Shown here one piece after another: positions 25,002 to 38,052 of a DNA stretch of 64,000 bases; the stretch's first letter is position 1, and every line of letters begins with the position of its first letter. Position numbers and translations under genes: made by a program. Below the pieces are notes generated by a model. It worked only from the letters and a program-made list of their open reading frames with translations, ran no database searches and was not told where the DNA came from. Source of the stretch: Neoconidiobolus thromboides FSU 785 (taxonomy: Eukaryota > Fungi > Entomophthoromycota). The stretch is taken from the NCBI GenBank assembly GCA_025603075.1, contig MU626321.1, forward strand, positions 1 through 64,000, read 5' to 3'.

Positions 25002-27186
25002 ATGGTTAAAAATAAAAAAATCAATACTACAGAAAGAGTGAAGGGGAACATGAAACCTAGTTCTAGTAGGTAAGTTATTTAATATAAAATTAAGATTTTA
25101 CTTAAAGAATAACTAAAAACTAAATTAAATTTATCAATTTAATATTCACTTTTAATTTATTTTTTTAGTTTCGCTGCTGATCTTTTAACAAAAGAAATCG
25201 GGTTTAATACTGGTTTCAGCTTAAATATCAATTTCAATACTTTTACTTCAGAGGATAAAGAGAAAACAAATGCAATGGCTATAGAAAGTGCTAATTTAGA
25301 TCAAGAACTTATAGTGAATTTGAAGAAACTTAGTAAACGTAATAGTGTTACTAAAGTGAAAGCTTTGCAGGATATTTATAATAAAATAGTAACTATCAAG
25401 GAAGAAGAAATGGAAATATTTTTAAATGTTTATGTAAGTTCTTTTTATTAATTTAATTTATCGATTATTTAAGATAATATATTATTTTAATTAATATTAA
25501 ATGGTGATTTATTAGGTACCCCAATTTCAAAAGTTTGTATTTGATTTAGAACGTAAAGTTAGAAGCTTAAATTTATTGATTTTTCAAACTATTGTGGATA
25601 AAATTAATAGAAAAATACGACCTCATTTAAAACAATTGTTACCTTCTTGGTTAGCAGCCTTTTTTGATAATAAAGAACAAGCAGAATTGGCAAAGAAATT
25701 ATTTGAGGTAAATTTTCTTTTAAAGGTTAATAAATTTATATATAAGTAGATGACTGATATTCAATTGATTAGAATTTATTTCCTAGTGAAAAACAAGAAG
25801 ATGTGTTGAAATTTGGTCAAGAAGAAATTTTAGAGTTTGTGACAAATTATTTGATTTATCAATCAAGGGAAAGCATTTGTAAGTAGTTTTTTTAGTTGAA
25901 ATAATAATAAAGTAATAATAGTTAATAAAGTAATAATAATTAATAATTTTGTTCATTTTTAGCTGATAATCGATTTTATTCTAATGAAGAAATGGATCAA
26001 CGATATAGTAAAATAATTAGTGCTTGTTTTAGAATATTAAATTATTTGATGAGTAAGTTTTAGATCATAATATAATAAAAGTAAAGAAAGTTAAATTTTG
26101 TTATTAGATAATTTATCTTTAGAAAAAAGAGCATCAAAAATTGAAAAATACGAAGAAATATTTGATAATGAAAAGTATTTTATGTATTTTAAACACGATG
26201 ATTATTACATTCGTAGAGCAAGTTATGAACTCATTTTGGGTATTTGTTTAAATCAAAAAGGTAAATTTTTGTTTTTATATATTTAATAAGCTATATTAAT
26301 ATTTTATTAATTTAGAATTAATTGAAAAAAGATTAGAAAATTATAGTAAATATTTTTTAACTGTTTGTTTTAATGAAACCGATCATTTCAATCATCAATT
26401 ATTATTTGAAGCTTTAATTGTATTAACTAAAAGTAATCTTTAATTTATTAATATTAATTATTAATTAATTATATTTAATTAGAATTTCCAATAATTTGGT
26501 CTTTACAAAAAAAACCAAGTATTAATAAATTAATACGATTTATTAATGAAGGATGTGGAAATAATACATTAGTAGTATTTAATTACTTAGATTTATTAAT
26601 TAACGAAATGGAATTAATTCAGTTTAATGAAAAAAATATTAAGTTACTAATTCAAGCTATACAAAATGATATTCATTTAATGAAACAAACAATTAAAAAT
26701 CAACAATTAATTATTGTTGAAAGAATTCAATTGACGATTAAAATTTATAATATTTTATTAAAAAAAATAGGATTAAATACTAGTAACAATAGTAATAGTA
26801 ATAATAACAATGAATTATTAAATTTAATTCAACAAAATTGGTACAAATTATTAACTACTGGAGATAAGAATATAAATAATAATAACGATATTGATATTAC
26901 ACCATGTCTGTCAATTTATGCTCAATTTATTAATAATTTAATAATTTATTATAAAAATCAAAATCAATATGATAATTTTGAAAACGTATTTTTAGAATTA
27001 GAAGAAAGATGTCAACAAATAATATTTTACAATCAATTAAATGAAATTAACTTAAATGAATTACAAATTATTATTTTATTAAAAGAATTAATTTATTATA
27101 CTCAAGAAAAAGAGAAATTTATTCAATTAGCTGAACAATTATTTTTAGATGCATTTAATCAATTAGATGATAATAACAATGAAGAA

Positions 27187-27218
<32 letters not shown>

Positions 27219-30200
27219 AACATTAATAGTTTTATTTAATTTTTATTGTAATTGTTATTTGATATTATTTGATCAATTTACAGAAGATACAAAAGAATCA
27301 ATAACTCCAATTAATGAATTAATTTTAAATCAAATGATTTATTATAATGTTGAGTTAGGATTAAATACTTTATTAAATGAAAATAATTCATTTAATAAAC
27401 AAAATAATCAAATTGTAATTAAGTTAATGGAAATTATGAAATTATCAACTGATAAAATCAACTATGGATTTAAAATTCAGCTCCTCAGTTTATTAATTGA
27501 AAAGGTAAATTAATTCATAATATAATTATAATAGAACTAATTTATTAATATTAACATATTAATTTTTTTATTAGATGAAAAAAGGTGAATTTTCAATTGA
27601 AAGTTTTTCTTCTATTGAATTTTGGGTATTAAATTTATTTCAAACAATAATTATAAATCAAGATTTTTATTATATTAACAAAGATAATTTAACTATTAAT
27701 AATGATTTACCAATCAATCAATTATTACAAATTATTTTAATTGCACCAGAAATGGTGTTTAGTAATGAATTTTATAAACAATTATTTAATTGTTTAGGTA
27801 ATTATTGGGATTTATTCTTAGAGAAATTAAGAGTTGATAAGTACGAAAATGAGGAGTTAACTGTAAAAGTAATTGAAGAAGAGATTAATAATAGAAGAGA
27901 GGGAGAGGATAAAGAGGAAGAGAATAAAGAGAACGAGGATAAAGAAGAAGAAAGCGAAAGCGAAGAAGAAGAGAATGAGGAAGAAAAAAACAATTTACAA
28001 AAGAATCAAGATAAAATCCAAAAAATAGAATGGAATAAACAAGAACATGATGAATTATATAGTTATAAATTAATCAGCATTATTAAAATAATAATTAATG
28101 GTATTAAAAAAGTAATGAATGAAAAGGAAAATACAAAATACATCAAAAGAATATTAAATTATAATGAGACAATAATTAGTAAATTAATATTGTTTAAATT
28201 TAAAAAAATGGAATTCAAATTTCAATATCAAAGTTTATTATATAATAATTTATTAATTGAAATTGATGAACTTTATAAAGTAATTATACAAATTTTAAAT
28301 ACAATTGATAATGAAATTGCAATGAATTTAATTAAGAATTTAATTATGGAAATTAATATAGAAATTATTAAAGATTTTAAGAATGAATTAAATAATGATT
28401 TATTAACAAAATTAATTAATCAATTATTAAATTTAATGAAGAAGAATCAATGGAATATTAATCAAATTAATCAAATTATTGAAATTACATTTTTTGATCA
28501 ATATCATTGGAATACAATTAATAATTATATTAAACAATTAGAATTTAATAGTAATTATATCAACAATAATTATCCAATTTGTTTAATATTAGAAAAAAAC
28601 AAAAATAATAATAATATATTAGATAATAATAATGATGATAATTTAATATTAAATGAAATAATATTTAATAAATTATTATTATATTATTTTAATGTTATTA
28701 AAGAAATTGATATAGAATTATTAACTCAATTAAATAATAAACAACAGTTAATTAGTAATTATTTAACAATAAGTTTAATACAATCAATTCAATATTATTT
28801 TAATAAAGAATATGATCGTAATGATTTAAATTATTTTAATCAATTAGAAAATAATGGATTATTTTTAAATATTATAGAATATTTAAATATTAAAGAATGG
28901 GATTTAAAAAACATAATGGAATTATTGCAGAGTTTATTAGAGATTCAAAATGAATTTAATATTGTTTCAATTATTATTGTATGGGAATATTATTTAATTG
29001 AGAATTATAATAAGAATAATATGGTTGATAATATGAAATATTTATTAAATGAAGTTCAAAATGAAATATTAAAGAATATATTACTTCAAGTAATTATAAA
29101 GAATTATTCAATGAATGTTAATTTAAATGAATTTAATTTAAAGTATCAAATAGATTTAATAAATCAATTAATAAGTATTCAAAGTCAACAAATGTATAAT
29201 ATATTAATCAATAATAATAATAATGAAAATGAAAATGAAAAAAAGAATTCAATTCAATTTGAATTATTTTTATTAAATAATTTAAATTTAAATTTATTAC
29301 CAATTAATTACCAAGTTCAATTAGCTAATTGGATATTAAATTTAATTTATTTAATTGATAAAAAAGATATTAATAATAATAATCAATTATTAATTTCAAT
29401 TGGAATATTGTTTAATATATTTGATAAATTAATTAATATTATCTTATTACAACCTATTAATTTAAATTTTATTGATAAAACAATTCAATTAATTATTATA
29501 TTATTAAAAATTAAAGAAGAAGAAGAAATCATATTATTTGTTAAAGAAAAAGGAATATTAATATTAAATACATTCTATTTTAACTTTAAAAATAAAATAT
29601 TAAATCCATCAATCAATCACTTATTAAAGACAAAATTTGATGAATTACAAAATTTAATATTGAAGGTTTATTTAAATGAATGTGAATTAAGTACAATGAT
29701 AAATAATAAGGGCAATGAATTAGAACTATTTAAACGAAATTATTATAATGAATTAAATCAATTAACATTGAATTTAATTGATAAAATTAAAATTAACAAT
29801 GAAAATATAATGAATCGATTATTTAATGTTTATAATAGTAATTATTTGGAATTAATGATTTCATCTACTCAATTAATTGTATTAATTATTGAAAATGAAA
29901 TTGAAAAAAATGAATTAATTATACAAGATGATTCAATCGAAGAAGAAAATAAAGTTGATTTAATAATACCAATTAATCAAAATATAATTAATAATATTCA
30001 ACAAGTTAATTTAAATTCAAATTTAATTGATAATGATTTAATAATATATTCTAAATTATTAAATATTTATTTATTAATTCATTATTTTATTAACTGTAGT
30101 TATAAATTAAAATTACATTATATTGATTTTATAAATAATAATTACCCAATTTTATTAGATAATATATTAAATTTAATAATTAATTTATTGAATATTAATA

Positions 30201-30994
30201 ATCAACAACAAACTTCATTTGATAGTAGTAAATTCCAAATTCAACAAATTTATTTAAATGAAATGAATTTGAATTATAATAGCATTAATATTTTATCTTC
30301 ATATTTATTTTATCAATTATTATTATTATTACCATCAAGTATACGTACATGGTATTTAAGTTTAAATAATCAAAAACAAAGTAAATCTTTAGAAAAATAT
30401 ATAATTCAACAATATTCCAAAAAAATGATTGAATTTAATTTAAATCAAATTGAAGATAAAATTATTGAATTAGAAAAAGAAAATTGTCAAATTAAAAGAA
30501 TAAAAAATGAAATCTTAATTTGTTTTAATATTGATGAACATGAGATTACAATTAGTTTTGTTATGCCAGATAGTTATCCGTTGTTAAATATTGAATTAGT
30601 AGGCAATAGACATCCAGTTATTCAAGAAAAGAAATGGAGAGGTTGGACACTTAATTCAGCAGCTATATTTGTAACTCAGGTAATATTTTTTATTTTTATT
30701 TTTATTTTTATTTTTATTTTTTATTTTTTATTTTTATTTTTATTTTTATTTATTTTATTTATATAGAATGGTACATTAATTGATAGTATTAAACTATTTC
30801 AAAAAAATGTGAATTTACATTTTCAAGGAGTGGAAGATTGTACTATTTGTTATTCAGTTATTGGTGTATTAGATCAATGTTTACCAAATAAACAATGTCG
30901 TACATGTAAAAAGAAATTTCATCCAGCTTGTTTATTTAAATGGTTTAAATCTTCAGCACAATCTACTTGTCCATTATGTAGAAATTTATTTTAA
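25002..30994 (+). CDS. LTN1: E3 ubiquitin ligase listerin (ribosome quality control), about nine introns
   Basis: N-terminus MVKNKKINTTERVKGNMKPSSS/FAADLLTKE and LKKLSKRNSVTKVKAL match the listerin NTD. C-terminus has an RWD-like region (YPLLNI, EKKWRGW) and RING CTICYSV...CRTCKKKFHPACLFKWFKSSAQSTCPLCR. Confidence 0.93.
30684..30760. repeat. (TTTTTA)n-like simple repeat in last LTN1 intron
   Basis: Visible run of TTTTTA/TTTTA units. It explains the spurious FIFIFIF tail of the 27575 ORF. Confidence 0.8.
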
Positions 30995-31390
30995 TTTTGA
31001 AGTGAGAGAATGTAGAAATAAAAAGTAAAATTGAAATTTTTGTCATCTTTTTGTCAATACTTCTATTATAAATTCATGCCTACTTTTCATGACTATTATT
31101 ACAATTTAAATAAAACAAAGAAACATTATTATTGTTATAATTATGTTTTGTATTTTATGTTTTAATCATAATATACATTTCAACTAATAGAAATATATTA
31201 TAAAATTATTATTTGATAAATAAATTAAAATACCTATTTAAACTTATTTGTAGTATTATCTTAAAACTAACACTTTATTTAAAAAAGAAGAGAGAAGACT
31301 AAAGAGTAATAATAACAGAATCATTTGATTATTAATCCTTAACATCATGGAAGTTAACTAGATAAGAGAGGACAAATATATTCTATTTTT

Positions 31391-32665
31391 TTATTCTTTT
31401 ATATTCATTGGAGTAAATTTACTTTTATCATTTAAATCTTCTGGTATATTAAATTTTAATTTTTGTTTTAAAATAGGATCCATATGAACTTCAATGAATT
31501 TAAGAGCTGCATTAGCATTATCTCTTAACGCTTGTTTTGGAAATATTGGTAATGTTTTAAATTTAGTCACCACATTTTCTACTAAAGAAGGTACATCTGA
31601 CTGATGATAATGTAATGTGTTTAATTGAATAAATAATTGATTTTCATTATTAGTTTGAAATATTTTTAACGTTTTATCATAATTCATTTGCCATTTATAA
31701 AATGCTTCAGTAACAATACCTAAACTAGGTTTAGTAATAGTATCATTTGTAACTGGATACATCCAAGGGTCAAAGGTAACTGCTAATTTGTACGGATTTT
31801 CTTTTTCTGTTAATAAATCTAATACAGTAGCTCCACCAAATGAATGGCCTATAAGATAAGTTTCTTCCATCTTCAACTTATTTTTAAACACATTTAATCC
31901 ATTGAACCAAAAGTCCTTTTCTTCTTTATCTTTATTTAAATCCTTTAAATGCAAAAACTCTTTATCATTTTTATCTGGCAAATGTAAACTTTCTTTCTTC
32001 AACTCTCCTTGATTTAACATCTCTAATATTTTCAATCCATCTTTAACTTCCTTTTTCCTCGTTAATATTTGTTTTTGACGAAATTGTAAATTTTCAGAAC
32101 TACCATCTTCACCAGGTGCTCTTTGATATTCCAATTCTCTAGGTTCACTTGATTTATAAGAATAAGCTGCTGAACCATCTCGATGTTCAACAGCAGCCAC
32201 AATGATCCCATGACTTGCAATTTCACCACAAATCCCTGAATAAAAGGTACGTGTACCTGCTAATCCATGACTAAATAAAGCTACTGGAAATTCATCAATA
32301 TCTTTTAACAAATCACTACCATCCGATATATAACTTCCTGTTTTGGGTTGTCCTGCTAACAAATAGATTAAAGTGCTACTAATTAAATGTGGCATTTTAA
32401 TATAATCGAATAAACCTAAGGGGTTGGATTAGTATCTATAGATGATTTAAGTGTGGTATTATAACTTACTTCGAAGATAGCGATGATCCGGAAAACAAGC
32501 CCAATTCATTAATTGATTATACATAGTATTCGATTCCGATGGATAATATAATTTTAACAATACATTATCTTGTTGAGTATTGGAGGATGAATTAAAATTA
32601 TATTCAATATCCCTACAACTTACTTTGTAAGGTCCGGAATAGTTGGCCATATTATTTAATAACAT
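31391..32665 (-). CDS. PAF-acetylhydrolase-like hydrolase, paralog 5 (exons 32665-32470, 32415-31391), inverted relative to the array
   Basis: Exon 1 reads MLLNNMANYSGPYKVSCRDIEY; same phase-1 intron; GHSFGG, DPW and HQSD motifs. Confidence 0.9.
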
Positions 32666-34131
32666 ATTTGCAATTAGTTTCTTGAGTTTAATAATTTTTT
32701 GATAATTTTTTTTCCGATTTTTCCTGAATCTTGATAATTCTTTCATCCTTTTATATATTTTTAAACTCGCTTTTCAATTCCACTAATTTCTAACTTTTTT
32801 CTTTTCTGTGTATTACAAATTCACTATTCTATTTTCATTCAAAATTACACGGTTTATCCACATGTTTCAAAGGGAATATTAGTACAAAAAAAACCCTCCA
32901 AGCTTTGTTTATTAAGCTTAGTAAGAGTTGAAATTAATTACTACTTGTATTTGACAGTCTTTAATGTTTTTAAAACGTTTGTATAATTTATAGCTTCTTG
33001 CTTGTTGATCGCGATGTAAACAATTAAAACTTTATCATCATCTTTCATAATTATTACGACTATTTAATTTTTATCAAATTGAAACAAATTTTCATTTGGA
33101 AAATAGGTTTAATGTTATCTATATTTAGAAATATTAATAGTAATAAAAATTCAAATCATGATAAGTAAGTTTGGAAAGATATTTAATGTGTGTGTAATAC
33201 CTAGTATGCTTTGAAAATGGGTGGTTAGAGTTGATGGAGTAATACCAAATATTTGATCTAAGGGTTTGGAGTTTTGTAACTATTATGATAAAATAGTGAA
33301 TAATGTAATAATATAAAAGAAATTGTATTTGAATTTTTTATATAGTAAACTATAAACTATCCAAAGTTTCAAATACCGGAGATAGTATATAATCGGAGAT
33401 AGAGGAATTCCCGCCTTTAATCAAGTGCTTCTTCACAGAATTCTGATAAAATTAAAAATCCTAATTTTATTTAATAGAAATAAATAAATATTACTTATGC
33501 AATACCTTTATGTATTCAAATAATAAACAGAATCCGATTTTTTAGGCTACAAATTGATTCAAGTTTATCCGAAAAAATTGAAGAATCAAATAGCTTTAGA
33601 GATGTCAAATACTATGAAAGTGAGTGAGCATTATCTTATAGAGTTAAAGTTTATCTTATAAAATTATATTCTTTCATAGTCAATTTTATTAGTGAGAGTT
33701 ATTACCTATTGATATTAATAATTAATAAGAATCTTTAAAGTTAATAAATGTTTCTGATATAAAACAGTACTTTAAAGTTACTTCAATGTAGTTTGCTTTT
33801 TTAATTTGATACTTGATATTTTTAACATTCATCATATAATAATGTAATGTAAAATTAACAAATTTTGATTGTTTAATTTAATTTATTTTAAGTTTAATTT
33901 AATATTTTAGGTAATTAAAATTTTTACATAAGAAAATCCCATCTTACTTAAAAATCTATATTTTACAACTAATTACTATATAAATTGTTAAAATAGTATA
34001 ATATTTAATTTATATTTATAGTAAAATTAGTGAGCTATTCCAAAATAATATAAATTACAGAAAATGAGTGTTTTCTATAAGAAATAAATCATTTTTAAGC
34101 TGTACCCAAAAGTACGATAAAATTAAATATT

Positions 34132-34236
34132 ATATAAGGATGTATTCTTGTGTTTAAGAATTTTACTAATAATTTCTCTACTTAAATAGCACTTAAAAGA
34201 TGGAAAAATGATGAACCCAAAACCCCTTTCCTAATA
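34132..34236 (+). mobile_element. mini-TIR element, copy 9
   Basis: ATATAAGGATGTATTCTTGTGTTTAAGAATTTTACTAAT...AAATAGCACTTAAAAGATGGAAAAATGATGAA. Confidence 0.75.
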
Positions 34237-34939
34237 GTGAGATTAAAATATAAAAAGGGCTTTACATAAGTTATAACTTTTATGTAATTTGATTTTTTTT
34301 TCTTATATTTATTGTATTTATAACTGTTTAAATAAGGTTATAAAGTAGATTCAAAATTTAAATTAAATCATAAAGTGTAAAATATAAAAATGGTGCATGT
34401 TGTTAATATTGAAATTAAAAATGAGTTGAAATTGTAATAAAAAAGATATATTGTTACTGATTTTTTAGAACTGACTTTTTTCTTTATTAGTGATAATTCA
34501 ATGTTGAATAATATATTTTTTGTTGTTTTAGTTAATGACTTTACATTTAAAGCTTACTATTTAAAACTTTTTAAAGTCAATAAATCTCAATTATTAAATT
34601 ACCATTGTTTCACCTTTTACCTTTCCTTGAGTTATCAATTTTACTCAATTCCCATTTTTTTATGTCTTCATCTTATTTTTACTTTACATTTATTAACAAA
34701 ATACTTACATATTTCTCTAATATCAATTTTTTTGAAAAAAATTATTAAATATACTGAATTTGAGTTTTTTTTGAAAATTTATTGCTTTTAAATTTACTGA
34801 AAATTGATTCGAAATTTTTCAAAAGGTGGATCCAATTTTGCAAACTTGAACTTAGAATTGGTATTCAAGCATAAACCCAATTGAACTATCAATTTCGAAT
34901 TTTCATTTTCTCAAAAATTTTATTTCGAAAAATAAGAAA

Positions 34940-37895
34940 ATGAGTCAAAATAAGCGCCAAGCTACTACTGCTCCTAACATCGAGATCAAACAAGAAGATG
35001 TTACCTTTGATGAAGACCTCGCTGCTTTACAAAACGCCGATTCCTCAGAAGGTATTCAAAATAGTAACACATTATTCATTCGTGGTATCCCATTCACTGC
35101 TACTGATGAACAATTTGAAACCTTTTTTCAAGATATTGGACCATTGAAAAGAGCATTTATTGTTAAAGGTAAGTTTATTAGAAGTTAAATAATTGATAAT
35201 GGGTATTAATAATATTAATTATTATAGATAAAGAAAATAAACAAATTAATCGAGGTTTTGGTTTTGTTAGTTAGTAAGTTCATCTTTTAGTTGGATTGTT
35301 TGATAGGATAGAGGATTAATAACTATTTTTTATCTTAGTGCTTTAAGAGCTGATGCAGAGAAAGCTATAACTGAATTATCAACTAAAGAGTTTGAAGGAA
35401 GAAAATTAAAGATGGAATTTGCTAATGAAAAAACAAGTAATTATTAGTGTTTTATAAAATATAGTTTAAAATATTAACCTTTTTAAAAAAAAAATATTTT
35501 AGATGAAGCCGAAGCTAAACCGAGCAAAAAAGCCAAACAAATAAAAGTTTATAATAATCCAAAACCAAAAGATGATCAAGTAGAGTCGGATAGAACTATG
35601 TTTATATCCAATATACCTAAATCAATGGGAAAAGCTAGATTAGTTAAATTTTTACAAGATAACTCAATTAAACCAGTTTCTACTTATTTTGTGACAGGAT
35701 ATGGTAAGTAGTTTTGAATGTTTATTTTTGAGAATAAAGTATTAATTTGATGTTTTTAGCTAGAGCATTATATGAAACGGTGGAATTGGCTCAATTAGCT
35801 TGTTCGAAATTACAAAATAAAATGGCTGATAATAAAATTATTCATGCTACTATATTGACTAATTTGTTGTTGAAGGTGAATTACTACTTAATAGAAAAAT
35901 GAAATTCAATTAATTGTATCTTATTTTAGACTAAAAAATGTCGATTGATTATTCGAAATTTAGCATTTAAAGTAAGTATTTTAGTATAGGTATAATGGAT
36001 GATTTGTTTATTTTTTAATTAGATTCAAGAACGTGAATTAGAAAAAATATTTGAAAAAATAGGACCGGTTATTGAAACAAAAATACCAAAAGATGATAAA
36101 AATAAATTAAAAGGGTTTGCTTTTGTACAGTATCCTGAATTAGTTATGGCTGAAGAAGTATGTTTTTTATTTTTAATAATTTCAATTTGTAGTTTAATTT
36201 TAATATTTAATTTTTATAGGCCATTGAAAAATTAAATGGTACAGAACATAGTGGTCGTAAGATTGCTATTGATTTTTGTGTATCAAAAGCTAGTTTTAAT
36301 GATGATGATGATGATGAAGAAGTTAAAGAAGAGGAAGAAGAAGTTGAAATTAAAGTTAAACAAGAAGAAGAAGAAGAAGAAATTGATGGTGAAATAAAAC
36401 AAGAAAATCAGGATAATGATGATGGCAAACCATTTAAGAGTTCGATGTTTGAAGAAGAAGAAGAAGAAGAAGATTTGTTAGAAAGTTCTGAAGAAGAGGA
36501 TAGTAGTATAGAAAGTTCTGAAGAAGAAGAAGAGAAAGAAGAGGAAGATGAAGAAAAAACCAATAATAAAAAAGATAAAGAACCAAAAAAAATAGTTGTA
36601 CCACCAGAGTGTACTTTATTTATAAGAAATTTATTATTTGAAACTAAAGATGAAGATCTATTTGGAAAGTAAACTTATTTATTCTATATTATTATATAAA
36701 TATATTAAAAATTAAAATAGATTTTCAGAATTTGGTAAATTACGTTATGCACGAGTTGTATTTGATAGAGATACTGGAAGATCTAAAGGTACAGGATTCG
36801 TTAGTTTTATTAACCCAAAAGATGCAATCAATTGTTTAAAGTTATCAAAAACATTAAATTGGGAACACGAACATGCTAATGTAAGTTTAATTTTTTATTG
36901 AGTAAATCGTTAAAATTAATAAATTAATTTTAATATATTAGAATACAAAAGGTATCAAATCGGTATTAGTTTCCGATGCTCCTAATGAAAATAATGAAAA
37001 ATTTACATTACAAGGTCGATTATTATTAGTAACATCAGCAGTTACAAAAGATTCAGCCGCTGAATTAACAAATGAAAAAAAGAATCCTAAAGTAGATAAA
37101 CGAAATTACTATTTATTACGTGAAGGTGTAATCTTTCCTCAAAGTGATGCAGGTAAAAAATTAGAAGAAAAAGAAATCAAACGACGTCAAGAATCATATA
37201 AAGCAAGAAAAGATCAAATGCAATCAAACCCATCTTTATTTATATCTAAAACAAGATTAGCTGTTAGAAATTTACCATTAGAAATAGATGATCGTAAATT
37301 AAAAACAATAGCTCATTCTGCTGTTGATAAATTTAAAGCTCAAGTTCAAAAGAAATTAAGAGATCCTTTATCTAAAGATGAAATGAAAGAAGGTTGGGAT
37401 AAAAAACCAATGGTAACTCAGGTAAAATATAAAATGTTAATAATATAATATAATGATATTTATAATATTGTATTTCATTAGGCAAAAATAGTACGTAGTA
37501 AAGATCGAGTTGACGCAAAAACAAATTTAGCCCGATCAAAAGGATATGGATTTGTTGAATTTACACATCATGCACATGCATTAGCAGCTTTAAGATATTT
37601 AAATTGTAATCCAGCTGTATTTCCAGAAAAAAGTAAATTAGCTAAAGGAAAAAAACATGAAGAAACTATACGTGGACATTTATTGATGGTGGAATTTGCT
37701 ATTGAAAACAAAGTGATACTAAAACGTCGTACGGATCGTAATAATGATAATAAAAAGAGAAAGTTTGTTCATGATAAGGAAGAAAAGGAAAATAAACAAA
37801 ATAAATTTAAGAAAGGGAAAGAAGAAGATAAAGATAAGAAAAAAGTATTTGTTAATAAAAAAAGACAAAAGAAAAAAATGATTAGAAGAAAGTAA
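34940..37895 (+). CDS. NOP4: Nucleolar multi-RRM protein Nop4/RBM28, about ten introns
   Basis: RRMs (TLFIRGIPF, LIIRNLAF, TLFIRNLLF, SKGTGFV, RLAVRNLP, RSKGYGFVEF...HAHALAALR), a central acidic tract, and the RNYYLLREG and VEFAIEN motifs. Confidence 0.88.
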
Positions 37896-38052
37896 AGGAT
37901 AAGATATAAAATGAGTTGAATTGGAATAGAATTTATTAATAATATTTTATTAGTTATAGAAATAAAAAATTAAAGTTGAATTCTTATTGGTTCTTTATAA
38001 ATTTTGTTTTGTTCTAGTTAAATTTATTTTTATTTTTTGATAATTTTTTAAA

